Of a stretch of 64,000 nt of DNA, positions 1 to 12,302 are shown piece after piece. The DNA is from Octopus sinensis. Its lineage: Eukaryota. The position numbers and the translations under genes were made by a program. The notes beneath the pieces were generated by a model, which did not search any database, was not told the origin of the DNA, and saw nothing but the letters and a program-made list of their open reading frames with translations. The stretch is taken from NCBI RefSeq assembly GCF_006345805.1, contig NC_042997.1, forward strand, positions 170,500,001-170,564,000. Direction: 5' to 3'. Numbering within the stretch: position 1 is the first letter of the stretch; each line of letters opens with the position of its first letter.

Positions 1-178
1 GACAAACAGGACACAAAGACACACACTCACACAGACACACATAGATACGATAGGCTTCTTTCAGTTTCCATCAACCAGATTCACTCACAAGGCTTTGGTC
101 AGCCTGAGGCTATAGTAGAAGATACTTGCCCAAGGTGCCATGCAGTGGGGCTGAACCCAGAACCATGTAGTTGGGAAA
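1..178 (-). mobile_element. SINE family A, partial (tRNA-like head plus CORE-like segment), cut by window edge
   Basis: Same sequence as 1025-1191 (cactcacaaggctttggt...ctatagtagaagacacttgcccaaggtgcc). Confidence 0.75.
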
Positions 179-721
179 TGTATGTATATATATATGTGTG
201 TGTGTGCATGTGTATATCCTTGTCTAGATATTATGTGATGGTGTAAATGATCATTATTCCCATACAAGTATGGTTGTTCGTTACCAGTCTTACTTGGAAA
301 CATGTCTAGCTGCAACAATTGACATGATGCTGAGAGATAAATCAGCATTATAACTGAGAACAGGAAACGATAATGATCATCATTTTCATCTCATCTTTCA
401 GTACTGGCAGTATCCCTACTATCAACATCACTATTATTATAATTAATTATGATAATAACTTCATCACACAAGCCTCTAAGGATGCTTCTTCCTAATCTCA
501 TGATCAGCTAGAAATAGTAGCCAAATCTTCCATGAATTACACTCTGCCATCTTAGAAATGAGATGTTGGGTAATGTGGTTCAGGGTTCCCTGTACATAAG
601 AAAAAGATGGGATGGTCACATTTGGAATGCTTTTGATCATAGGTTCACTCAGTCAGGGCTGACCTGGGGCTGTACCATTACAATAACTTCCTACTCATTG
701 AACCTGCAAGAAAGTCCCTAA

Positions 722-1191
722 GTACTCTTTTACTTGTTTCAGTCATTTGATTGTGGCCATGCTGGAGCACCGCCTTTAGTCGAGCAAATTGACCCCAGGA
801 CTTATTCTTTGTAAGCCTAGTACTTATCCCATTGGTCTCTTTTACCGAACCACTAAGTTACAGGGACGTAAACACACCAGCATTGGTTGTCAAGCAATGT
901 TGGGGGGACAAACACAGACACACAAACACACACACACGTGCGCGCACACACACACACGCGTGCGCACACACACATACGCGCGCGCACACACACGCACGCG
1001 CATGCACACACACATACATACATAAATACGATGGGCTTCTTTCAGTTTCCGCCTACCAAATCCACTCACAAGGCTTTGGTCGACCCGAGTCTATAGTAGA
1101 AGACACTTGCCCAAAGTGCCACGCAGTGGGACTGAACCCGGAACCATGTGGTTCGTAAGCAAGCTACTTACCACACAGCCACTCCTACGCC
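722..1191 (-). mobile_element. SINE family A, full length, with internal (CA/CG)n microsatellite
   Basis: Reverse complement starts ggcgtaggagtggctgtgtggtaagtag (A-box-like), then gggttcagtccc (B-box-like), cttgggcaagtgtctt (CORE-like), a microsatellite, and a 3' half ending aaacaagtaaaagagta; colinear with 11618-12030. Confidence 0.85.
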
Positions 1192-1754
1192 TAGTCAACT
1201 TACTAGAAATGGCTGTCAATATATTAGGACTGACTTGTGGCTAAACAGCAAGAATAACTGCCAATAGAACAACTGGGAGAAAAAGGAAAATGGATGGAAA
1301 GACGAAGCAGGAATATCTATGTAAGTGAAAGTTGAGCTATATATATATATTAAATGGTTCTGGAATTTAAAATTATACGTGACTGTTTTGAAAAAAGAAG
1401 ACCACATTGAATAATGTAGTTCTGGATATACAATGTTCAAGAGTAGTACATGATGATGATAATGATGATGATGATGATGATTTTGACGTTTAGCTTTCCG
1501 TGCTTGATTGAGAATAGTAGACATAAAAGATGGAGTTTATTGAAACAAGTTTTCTTGGGCAGGATGCCCTTCCTGTTGCCAGTCATCTGTTTCCAAGCAA
1601 GGTAATATTTCCCCATGGCCAGACATGTTTTTACAGAATACTAGAAATGAATGATGTTCTTTTACAACAATCACATGATGTCAAGACAAGGAAGCACAAA
1701 TGCTCACATGCTCACACACGCACACATGTGTGCGCACGCACACACACACACACA

Positions 1755-1880
1755 CACACATGATAGGCTTCTTTGATCTGATTGGGGCTATAGTAGAAGA
1801 CATTTGCCCAAGATGCCACTCTGGGACTGAACCTGAAACCATGTGCTTGGGAAGCAAACTTCTCTACACAACTGCACCTG
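1755..1880 (-). mobile_element. SINE family A 5' half, degenerate
   Basis: ctatagtagaagacatttgcccaagatgcc...accatgtg motif next to (CA)n. Confidence 0.65.
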
Positions 1881-2394
1881 GCTGAAAAACCTTTGACATA
1901 GGTTTATTCCTTCAAGATTGACCTGAGACTAATGGTCAACTATTAGGCCACAAAAAGTACCATACATCCCCTATTAGATATCCATTCCACTCCAATTCAA
2001 ATGTAAACACGAATCAGCTGCTTTCTCAAATGACTTGCTGTTGACATTTCTTCCTTTGTTATACTGAACTTATACTATTCCATACTTAGTACATCCCACC
2101 CAATAAATTACATTCATTTTCTATGTTGCTACATAATCTGAATATAGTTTGCATTACATACAAGGAAACAAGCTCTTTATTTGCAGAATTATCATATTTA
2201 AAGTGCATCTTATATTGACATGTAAGACACACTTCTTTGCCTCAAAATAATCTCAAAAACAACCACCCTGGGTCCTATATGTGAAGTTGGGCCTCCCATA
2301 AGTAAATTTGTCTCTGATACTCATCACTATATGCTTATTTTAACCCAGACAGTCTCTTCTACCTAGCCTGACTTAATAATAAAAAAGTGCTGAT

Positions 2395-2805
2395 CTCTTC
2401 AAGTAGATGGAACACATGGAAGTGGGAGACCCAGGAAGACATGGGATGAAGTGCTGAAGAATAACCTCAGGATGCTGAACCTTTCAGGTGAGATGACAAA
2501 GAACCAAGATGTTTGGTGCTTTGCTATACTCAAGATGACTCATATTCCACAGCAGAAGTGTTAAGACCACTCCCTCTGGTGGTGAGGGTTAACCTGCAAA
2601 AGTCCTGTGTGGGTGCCATTTAAAAAGTGTCCATGTAGTGCTACATAAAAGCACCCAGCACACTCTGTAAAGTGGAAGGGCATTCAGCTGTAGAAACTAT
2701 GCCAAATCAGATTGAGATCTGGTGCAGCTCCCCAGCTTGCTAGCTCTGGTCAGACTGTCCAACCCATGCCAGCATAGACAATGTGCATTGAATGATGATG
2801 ACTTG
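2395..2805 (+). mobile_element. Old RTE LINE 3' fragment (C-terminal coding relic plus 3' UTR)
   Basis: ggagacccaggaagacatgggatgaagtg encodes GRPRKTWDEV; ends aatgatgatgac like the RTE tail. Confidence 0.7.
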
Positions 2806-3069
2806 ATGATAATTAAAAAAGAAAGAATCAAAGGTCCTTCTTGAGCCATAGGCTCATAGGACTGGCTTCCCAGATTCTGAAGCATATATATTTCCCCTGG
2901 ATGGGACACTGGTCCATTGCAGGATTACTCATTTTTACCAACACAGTGGATTGGAGCAACATGAAGTGTTTTGCTCAAGAACACAATAAAATGCCTGATC
3001 CAGGGATCAAAGCCACAATCTTATTAAACCTTGCTCTTCCACAATAATAATATTTATTTAAACATTTGC

Positions 3070-3415
3070 CTCATGGAGGCAATTTGGCCAATGCCGATGC
3101 CATGTAAAAAGCACCTTTTGAGCGTTGAGCCTCATGGAGGCAATCACAAATGACCAAGATCTTTGGCATTATGCTATGTTTCAGAAGAAGACCCATTAAG
3201 CCAAGTAAAATTGTAGTCATAGCAGATACTGGTATCATGCCACTGGCACCCAGCACGTAAAAGCACCCATTACACTCTCAGAATGGTTGGCATTTGGAAG
3301 GGCATCCAGCCATAGAGACTATGCTGGAGTCTGGTGTAATCCCTCAGCTTGCCAGCACTGGTCAAACCATCCAATCCATACCAGCATGGACAACGGACGT
3401 TAAATGATGATAATA
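3070..3415 (+). mobile_element. RTE 3' UTR fragment
   Basis: aaaagcacccattacactctcagaatggttggcatttggaagggcatccagc...ggacgttaaatgatga matches the RTE 3' end. Confidence 0.7.
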
Positions 3416-3429
3416 ATAATAATATAACC

Positions 3430-3715
3430 TCGGGCCAGCCAAAGCCTTGAGAGTGGATTTACTAGATGGAAACTGATAGAAGCCTGTTGTATATGTGTGT
3501 GTGTGTGTATGTGTGTGTGTTTGAGTCTGTGTTTGTACCCCACCACCACTTGGCATCTGGTGTTGGTACATTTACATAAGAGACTGATAGAATGAGTACC
3601 AGGCTTGAAAAAAAAAGTACTAGGAATGATTCATTCAACTAAAAAAATTCTTCAAGGCAGTGTCCCAGCATGGCCACACTCTAATGATTTAAACAAGAAA
3701 AAGATAAAGATAAAA
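3430..3715 (+). mobile_element. SINE family A, 5'-truncated, internal (TG)n
   Basis: aaagccttgagagtggattt...(tg)n...cagcatggccacactctaatgatttaaacaag. Confidence 0.7.
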
Positions 3716-4261
3716 AATTATATATTGAGTTCTTTCTCAAACTTTTCTTTGAAAACATCTATTTTTCCTACTAAATCATGCAGCTTCACAGTTAAAACAT
3801 TAATTTTTAATGGAAACTTCAATATATCATTACTTCATAAAAAATCATGCTAAAAATTACTCTAGTCATTTATAGAAACTTAGGAAACATTACATGAATT
3901 ACTTTTTGAATGTAATTACTTTCACTTTTAATTTTTAATGTAATATCCCTCTTCATGATTTATCTAATTAATAAGTTACAGGTTAAATCACGCTAGAGAT
4001 TTCTAGAAAGAATGAAATAGTACTATACATGATTACCCCCAGATAGAAATTAAATAAGTGAATTTTATGCCTCTTCTTAATCTTGTTTCATAATCATCAT
4101 CATCATCATCATCGTTTAACGTCCGCTTTCCATGCTAGCATGGGTTGGACGGTTCAACTGGGGTCTGGGAAGCCGAAGGCTGCACCAGGCCAGTCAGATG
4201 TGGCAGTGTTTCTACAGCTGGATGCCCTTCCTAACGCCAACCACTCCGAGAGTGTAGTGGG

Positions 4262-4525
4262 TGATTTTATGTGCCACCGACACAGGTGCCAGACGAGGCT
4301 GGCAGACGGCCACGCTCGGATGGTGTTTTTTTTTATGTGCCACCGACACAGGTGCCAGACGAGGCTGGCAGACGGCCACGCTCGGATGGTGTTTTTTATG
4401 TGCCACCGACACAGGTGCCAGACGAGGCTGGCAGACGGCCACGCTCGGATGGTGTTTTCTTATGTGTCACCGACACAGGTGCTAGACGAGGCTGGCGGAC
4501 GGCCACGCTCGGATGGTGTTTGTTA
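4262..4525 (-). repeat. About 62-bp tandem repeat (4 units) in the RTE 3' UTR
   Basis: tatgtgccaccgacacaggtgccagacgaggctggcagacggccacgctcggatggtg repeated with variable T-runs. Confidence 0.95.
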
Positions 4526-4786
4526 CGTGCCCTCAGCACGGAGGCCAGTCATTGCGGTACTGGCTACGGTCACGTTCGGATGGTTTTCTTATGTGCCACC
4601 GGCACTGGTACCACAAGGATACAAATTCCATTGATGTTCATCTATTTTGATTTGGTTCGATTTGATTTGATACGATTCGATTCGATTCTCACTTGCCTCA
4701 ACAGGTCTTCACAAGTGTCACAAGAAGGAAGGTATGCACAGGTGGACTGACTACGTCCCAGGTAGGGGCCACGGATTATGGCTTCA

Positions 4787-7700
4787 CTAGTCTTGCCGGG
4801 TCTTCTCACGCACAGCATACTTCCATAGGTCTCGGTCTCTAGTCATTTCCATGGTGAGACCTAACGTCCGAAGGTCGTGCTTCACCACCTCGTCCCAGGT
4901 TTTCCTGGGTCTACCTCTTCCACGGGTTCCCTCAACTGCTAGGGATTGGCACTTTCTCACACACCTCTCTTCATCCATTCTCGCCACATGACCATACCAG
5001 CGCAATCGTCTCTCTTGCACACAACAACTGATGCTTCTTAGGTACAACATTTCTCTCAAGGTACTAACGCTCTGTCGAGTAAGTACACTGACATTACACA
5101 TCCATCGGAGCATACTGGCTTCGTTCCTCACGAGCTTACGCATGTCCTCAGCAGTCACGGCCCATGTTTCACTGCCATGTAGCATAGCTGTTCGTACACA
5201 TGCATCATACAGTCTGCCTTTTACTCTGAGCGAGAGGCCTTTAGTCACCAGCAGAGGTAAGAGCTCCCTAAACTTTGCCCAGGCTATTCTTATTCTAGCA
5301 GTTACACTTTCAGCGCACCCACCCCCACTACTGACTTGGTCACCTAGATAGCGGAAACTATCAACTACTTCTAGTTTTTCCCCCGGAAAGTGACAGAAGT
5401 TGTTTTCTGCAGATTTTCGGAGGTCAGTGCTCCAGAGCACCTGCCACATACAAAAACTATCTTCCCAGTTAGCCTACCTTTGACATTGCTGCACCTCTTA
5501 TGTGTCCATAGCTTACACTGGGTACATCTTATAGAGTTTCTACCTACACCTTTTCTACAGATCGAGCAGGGCCATCTTCCTGATGATATTTGTGGTTTTC
5601 TACCTTTCTACTTATTAGTACTTTGGTTTTAGCTAGGTTGACTCTAAGGCCCCTCGATTCTAAACCCTCCTTCCACACCTGGAACTTCTCCTCCAGTTCT
5701 GATAGTGACTCAGCGATTAGAGCGAGGTCGTCAGCATAGAGGAGCTCCCAGGGGCAACCGGTCTTGAATTCCTCCGTATTGCCTGGAGGACTATGATAAA
5801 TAGGAGGGGGCTGAGTACTGAACCCTGGTGGACCCCAACCTCTACTTTGAATTCTTCTGTGTACATGTTGCCAACTCTAACCTTACTTACGGCATCTCTG
5901 TACATGGCTTGCACAGCCCTCACCAGCCATTCATCTATCCCTAGTTTCCTCATTGACCACCAGATGAGGGATCGGGGGACCCTATCAAAGGCTTTCTCCA
6001 TGTCAACAAAAGCCAGGTACAGGGGCTTATCCTTGGCTAGGTATTTCTCCTGCAGCTGCCTTACCAGGAATATAGCATCAGTGGTGCTTTTCCCTGGGAC
6101 AAACCCAAACTGCATCTCATCTAAACTAACTCTCTCTCTAATTAGTTGGGCTATGACCCTCTCCGTAACCTTCATTACCTGATCCAACAGCTTGATACCT
6201 CTGTAATTATTTGTATCCAGGGCATCACCTTTACCTTTGTAGCAGTTGACTAGTATGCTGCTACACCAGTCATTGGGTATGACTCCTTCGTGTATCACCT
6301 GGTTGACTATACGGGTGACTAGGTTATAGCCGACACTGCCAGATATTTTGAGCATCTCTGCAGTAATTCCTGATGGGCCTGGGGCTTTCCCTGTCTTCAT
6401 GCTCCTAACTGCCTTAGCTACTACGGAACTATCAACTCGGATAGCTGGTCCCTCTGTTGGGTCAACATTTGGCAGACTCTCTTTATCCCATTCATTTTCT
6501 TTATTCAGCAAACTTTCATAGTGGCATCTCCAAACCTCTCTCTTTGCATCCTCATTTAGCGCAAGTGAACCATCATCCATGCGAACACACTTCTCTCCTA
6601 CCACATCACGATTCTCTCTCACACACTGTCTTGCAACACGAAATACCTCAAGTCTTTCATCCTCACGGCTCAGAACATTGGCAAATTTTTTCTTATCCGC
6701 TTCCCCTCTGGCTATATAAACCTGTCTCCTAGCTTCCCTTTTGCTGTCTGATACAATTCCCTGCTACCACCGTTCTTCCAGTCCTTCCAAGCCTGTCTCT
6801 TTTGTCTAATAGCCCCGTCAACCACCGTGTTCCACCACCATGTTACTCTGGGTCGAGATGGTACTTTGCTCCATCCACAGATCTGGTCAGTGGCTGTCAG
6901 CAGATTGTCCCGTAGGAATCTCCAGTTGTCTTCCACATTAAGTGAAGCTATATCCCCTTCTATTTCGTCAGAGGCTTCGAGTAGTATGTCTCTAAATCTC
7001 TGGCATTTGCAGGATCTTTAAGCTTCCAGACCCTTCTCCTCCAAGCTGGTCTTCTTCTGGGCGACCATTTAGCTCTGATCCTGAAGTCGCTAACTACTAA
7101 TCTATGTTGGGGAGTACATTCTTCGCCTGGGAAGGTTTTGGCATTTATAATCAGCCCTCTTTCCCTTTTTCTGGCAAGGATGTAGTCAATCTGGCTGGTG
7201 TGTCTGCCAGAACGGTAGGTGACTAGGTGAGAGGTGGGTTTCCTGAAGTGGGTATTGCAGACCATAAGGTCATTTGCATCGCAGAACTCCAGCAGCCTGG
7301 TTCCCTCCTCATTTCGAGAGCCAAAACCGTGGCCTCCATGGATGCCATGGAAGCCCCTGACATGTCGTCCAACATGTCCATTGAAATCACCTGCCACGAA
7401 GAGAAGGTCACTGTCATTTGTCAATGAGGTAGTCCGCAATAGGGTGTCATAGAATTGGTCTTTTTGTCCTTCCGGTAGCCCTGGTTGAGGGGCATATGCC
7501 GAGATGATGGTAGCTGTCCTATGGTGAAGAACTAATCTAATTTTAATTACTCTGTCACTTATTCTGACTACCTCGATTACCTTACCTATCCATTTCTCCG
7601 CGAGAAGTATACCCACGCCCCCGACACCGTCAATGTTCCCTGCCCAGAAAATCTTGTACCTGTGTTCCTTGCCCGTGAGGAGCCTAGCAGAACCTCCTCT

Positions 7701-7811
7701 CCACCTTACTTCCTGGATACAGCATACATCCACACGTCTCCGTTCAAGCAGCTCTACAATCTCTCCAGACCTACCTTTCAATGTGCCAACGTTGAGCGTG
7801 CCAACTCTGTT
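4787..7811 (-). pseudogene. RTE EN-RT polyprotein ORF broken by five apparent -1 frameshifts, no in-frame stops seen
   Basis: Track ORFs 6960-7820, 6712-6936, 5717-6622 and 4787-5449 join into one frame if one base is added near 7004, 6740, 5777, 5597 and 5381. Confidence 0.85.
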
Positions 7812-8784
7812 CAAATTCAAATTTCTAATCCTGACTTGTGTTACGAGAGAATAGTTATTTCTGTTGTATTAATGGCCATAACCAGAAGGTACCACAGATG
7901 CTTATATAATTACTGAAAATTACCAAATGATGCATTTACTTCCCGAAACAGTTGTTTTTTTCTCTTCGTTACTAAAAAAAGGGTTAACGCAGACAAACAC
8001 CTGCTGCTACCACCCAATGGTATTAGAGTCTTAAAGGAAGATGATTAGGCCCTTAAGATGAAAGCAAGAACAAGGGACCCATTTTGTATTTTGTATCCAA
8101 CCTGAAAAAAGCCCATCATATTTACATGTGTGAATGTGTTTGTGCCTCCTGTTTTGACATCTCATAATAGTTGTAAATGAATGTCACCATCATATAAGCA
8201 GTGTCATTTGTTTCCAGTCTTTCCTGAAAACATATTTAGTCATGAGGAAATAATACCTTGCTTAGGAACAAGTGAAGGTTGGCAACAGGAAGGGCATCCA
8301 GCTGTAGAAAAATCTATCTCAACGAATTCTGTCTGTCCCAGGCATGGAAAAGTGGATGATAGAACAATAATGATGATGATAAGTAAAATATTTCCAAATG
8401 GTAACAAGTAGTATCAATAGGATGGCTGTCTCTCTTTTGAAAATATATTTGTCTTCTACAGTTTTGTATCAGACCATTTGTTGTAAGTTCTCTTTCAGTG
8501 ATTTGAAATTTTAAAATGAACATTCAACAAAATGACAGAAATATTTTGAAATGTGTTAACTGTACAGGTATAAAAGAAAAACCAAGTAAACAAGCCAATA
8601 AGGAAGCCTTAATGTGATCCTGGAAATAGTAGCCAAGTCTACCTGAAACCATACCCTATGATCATAAAGCAAAAAGAACATGTTAGATAATGCTATTCCA
8701 GACAGTTCTAAAATGTCAAGCTGAGCTGGACTAAAATACCTCTGATCTGAGTGTAAAAAAAAAGGTAAGGGTAAGATCTCCCTT

Positions 8785-9110
8785 TGGTTATTAATGACCA
8801 TGGGATTGCACCTAGAAAGTTCCCTTCTGGGGTACAAGTTCAGGAAAGGTTGTTTGTGGAAGACCAGTAATTGCTCATGCATACCACCCTCCCCTTCTCA
8901 TGCCACTGATGTTATCCAAAGGAAAGGCAAAGGCCAATACAGCTTGGCACCAGTGATGTTGCAACTCATTTCTATGGCCAAGTGAACTGGTGCATTGTGA
9001 AATAAAGTGTCTTGCTCCACAATACAACACACTACTTGGTCCAAGAATTGAACTCACATGCTCTTGATTGTGATCCCTGTGCTCTAACCACTAAGCTGTG
9101 CACCTCTGAG
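8785..9110 (-). mobile_element. SINE family D (about 335 bp)
   Basis: Reverse complement of 14527-14858 and 49381-49719. Confidence 0.8.
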
Positions 9111-10101
9111 CTAAGGTCTGTTAAATCAGAATTGACCTGGGACTAAACAACAGTAACAACAACAGCTGCAATAACAACAACGGCAACAAAATCAATAACC
9201 ATAACTATAAAATGAAATTACATGAAATTAAATACTATAGTTTTTTTTTTATCATTCATCATACTGGAAGAATCAGACAATGCTTGCGAGACTGTTATTG
9301 CCTCAACCTCACAAATCACTCATGGTAATACTGTGTGCTGGATTCCTTTAAAAATATTTTAAAAGAAATATTAATATTCCCTATAATGGTGCATAACTGA
9401 AGGAGTGTGCATGATTTTTGGACTCATTTTTATTGCTATTGTCTATCTACTTTTGTAAATTATATAGTTTAGTCTATTTTTGATTTATAGTATGAAAGTG
9501 TCCATAATAAACGTGTATGATATATGCTGACTTCACAGGTATAAAACACAAACCAATATGTTACATGATATATTTTGAAATTTACTGTCTCCACAAGTAT
9601 AAGAACAAACACCGATGGATTGCTTGGCATATCATCTAGATATCTGTATTGGCAGTGTTTTCAAATATCTCTATTTATTTTTAGATATGTATTATATAAC
9701 ATGAAAATTCCACATCGATCATCTGAGTATGATTTTCAATAGATCAAAGTCAATACTAGCAAAATACCACAATTGTGTTTTGTTAAAAGTTTTACTTTTG
9801 CTGCATTACATTATTTTCAGCACTACATCTTAATTATACCTTCTGAATGCAAGGCTATCCCGTGATAAGAAAAAAAATAAAAAAGATAAAGAAAGAAAAG
9901 AATAAAAAAGAATAAGAGCACACATTGATATGATTTGTAGTCTACAAAGGAATTCTCGAGAAGTTATTTAGCATTTTATGAATATTTGTTTACTGATTAC
10001 ATATTTTACTATCACCACAATATTGTTAAACTAAATTAAATTAAATTCTTTTGTTAAGCACAATTTCATGAACCAGTCATTATTGAATGCATAATAATAA
10101 C

Positions 10102-10136
<35 letters not shown>

Positions 10137-10609
10137 TAATAATAATAATGATGATGATGATGGTGATGATGATAATAATAATAAAAACCTTTCTCAGACT
10201 ATCTTCTGATATCCATCAGAATTGTTGAGAAATAACAATGCTGGTTGTGAAAGGGAGAACATCAAATATCTAATATGAATGGCTTTTCAAGTGAGACAAT
10301 GATGTTAGACTATGGAAAGCATTAGGCAACAAACATGTTTAGGAGAATCCTATGAGTTTGGTTAAAATAGAACAGTACCCTGTTATATTATATTTCTCTT
10401 TTATTTGTTAGCTTGCAACACTACCCCACCCAACAATCACATCTCTTGAGGTTTAATAAGGTTCTTTTTGTTCAGCCCCAGAGCAACCAGAGTGATGATC
10501 AAAAGCATTCCAGATGTGACCATCCCATCTTTTTAGGATTATCTGTTACTATATTATGAAATGTGGTCTTTTGTAAGATGATTTGGTGTGAGCTGAGTGG
10601 AATTTTACT

Positions 10610-11050
10610 GCTATTTCCAGTATATCAAGCAACCATAAAGAGGCTACAACACTGATGCATATCTAATGATATTGATATTTAGCTTGGGGGACGTTTGGCT
10701 GCTATTTCTCATATGCCAAGCAACCAAAAAGAGGTTACATCATTAGTACATGTCTGATGATGTTGATGTTTAGCTTGAGGGACATTTGGCTGCTATTTCT
10801 TTGGTGCCAATCATCCATGTAGAGGCTACATCACTGATTCATATCTGATGATATTGATATTTAGCTTGGGGGACGTTTGGCTGCTGTTTCTCATATGCCA
10901 AGCAACCAAAAAGAGGTTACATCATTAGTACATGTCTGATGATGTTGATGTTTAGCTTGAGGGATATTTGGCTGCTATTTCTTTGGTGCCAATCATCCAT
11001 GTAGAGGCTACATCATTGATGCATGTCTGATGAGGTTGATGTTTAGTCTG
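10610..11050. repeat. About 90-bp monomer array organised as a 180-bp A/B higher-order repeat
   Basis: tttagcttg recurs at about 10679, 10769, 10859, 10949 and 11041; alternate monomers are nearly identical. Confidence 0.9.
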
Positions 11051-11189
11051 AGTGTTTGTCGGTTCATGCATTTAGGTAAAAAAAACCTTACAGGAAAAGG
11101 ATTAGTGAAGGTTGGGGCTCATGGGGGAAATGATTGAATAAATTTATTTAGGGTTTAGTTTGGCAGGTAAGACAGAGCAGATATGGTAT

Positions 11190-11420
11190 GCGAGCTGGCA
11201 GAAACGTTAGCATGCTGGGTGAAATGCTTAGCAGTATTTCGTTAGCTGTTACGTTCTGAGTTCAAATTCCAACGAGGTCGATTTTGCCTTTCATCCTTTC
11301 GGGGTCGATTAAATAAGTTCCAGTTACACACTGGGGTCGATGTAAATCGACTTAATCCATTTGTCTGTTTTTGTTTGTCCCCTCTGTGTTTAGCCCTTTG
11401 TGGGTAGTAAAGAAATAGGT
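11190..11420 (+). mobile_element. SINE family B (tRNA-like head, gcctttcatcctttcggggtcgat central domain)
   Basis: gcgagctggcagaaacgttag...gagttcaaattcc (B box)...gtagtaaagaaatagg; more than 12 related copies in the window. Confidence 0.85.
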
Positions 11421-11617
11421 AAGACAAAGAAAAGTTGGGGCATCTTGGTGGGTTTGTGTGGAAATAGTACACACCTTACTTCTTTAGAGGAACATAAATT
11501 ATTGTATTATTGCAAAGAGAGAAAGAGAGAAACATTTTCACCCCTATTTGAATATGGATGCTCTGTTAGAACAACCTATACAGTAATCCCTCGACTATCG
11601 CAGGTGTTGCAAAACTT

Positions 11618-12030
11618 CTGTGTGGTAAGTAGCTTGCTTACCAATCACATGGTTCCGGGTTCAGTCCCACTGCATGGCACCTTGGGCAAGTGTCTTCTAC
11701 TATAGTCTCAGGTTGATCAAAGCATTGTGAGTGGATTTGATAGACAGAAACTGAAAGCAGACCATCGTATATATATGTATGTATATATATATATATGAGT
11801 GTGTGTGTGTGTATATGTTTGTGTGTCTGTGTTCATTCCCCCAGCATCGCTTGACAACCAATGCTGGTGTGTTTACATCCCCGGAACTTGGCAGTTCGGC
11901 AAAAAGAGACCGATAGAATAAGTACTAGGCTTACAGAGAATAAGTCCTGGGGTCGATTTGCTTGACTAAAGGCAGTGCTCCAGCATGGCCACAGTCAAAT
12001 GACTGAAATGAGTAAAAGAGAGTAAAGAGA
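11618..12030 (+). mobile_element. SINE family A, near full length, internal (TA)n(TG)n
   Basis: Colinear with the reverse complement of 722-1191; ends agtaaaagagagtaaagaga. Confidence 0.85.
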
Positions 12031-12302
12031 ACCTATTGACTGCAGAAACCTGGATATACTGAGAAGTCTGCAATATAAATTTGGTACAGAATACACTCTT
12101 GTTTATATTGCAAGCAGGGAGACAAATCTCTGCAACCTCCAGTGCTGAGACCATCAGACCATGTGATTTTGACCTTGTTTGGTCTTGTCAATGATGGACA
12201 CTTGACTGCTAGAGGTAGCAGCAATTCACCTCCCTGTTAACAATATATAAACTGACAGTGCCAGAATAGGCACTGGTATCACCATTAGCCAGTTAGCTAT
12301 CG

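Larger units (their letters stand above)
4089..7811 (-). mobile_element. RTE-clade LINE, near full length (5' UTR missing), about 0.7-kb 3' UTR, (GAT)n tail
   Basis: APE endonuclease (GTLNVGT, IQE, SAYAP, GDFNGH, IDY, QHRLVV), RT (QFGF, DMEKAFDRV, GVHQGSVLSP, LYADDL), RTE C-terminus (WYGHVARM, GRPRKTW); tail (cat)n at 4089-4113 on the + strand; no TSD found. Confidence 0.95.

Noticed and set aside
4262-4525. CRISPR-like appearance of regular repeats
   Set aside because: Whole units are repeated with no unique spacers; eukaryotic LINE UTR; no cas genes
4083-4750. Repetitive ORFs of 74-183 aa (also at 32330-32763, 33051-33597, 36452-36927)
   Set aside because: Chance read-through of GC-richer RTE 3' UTR tandem units
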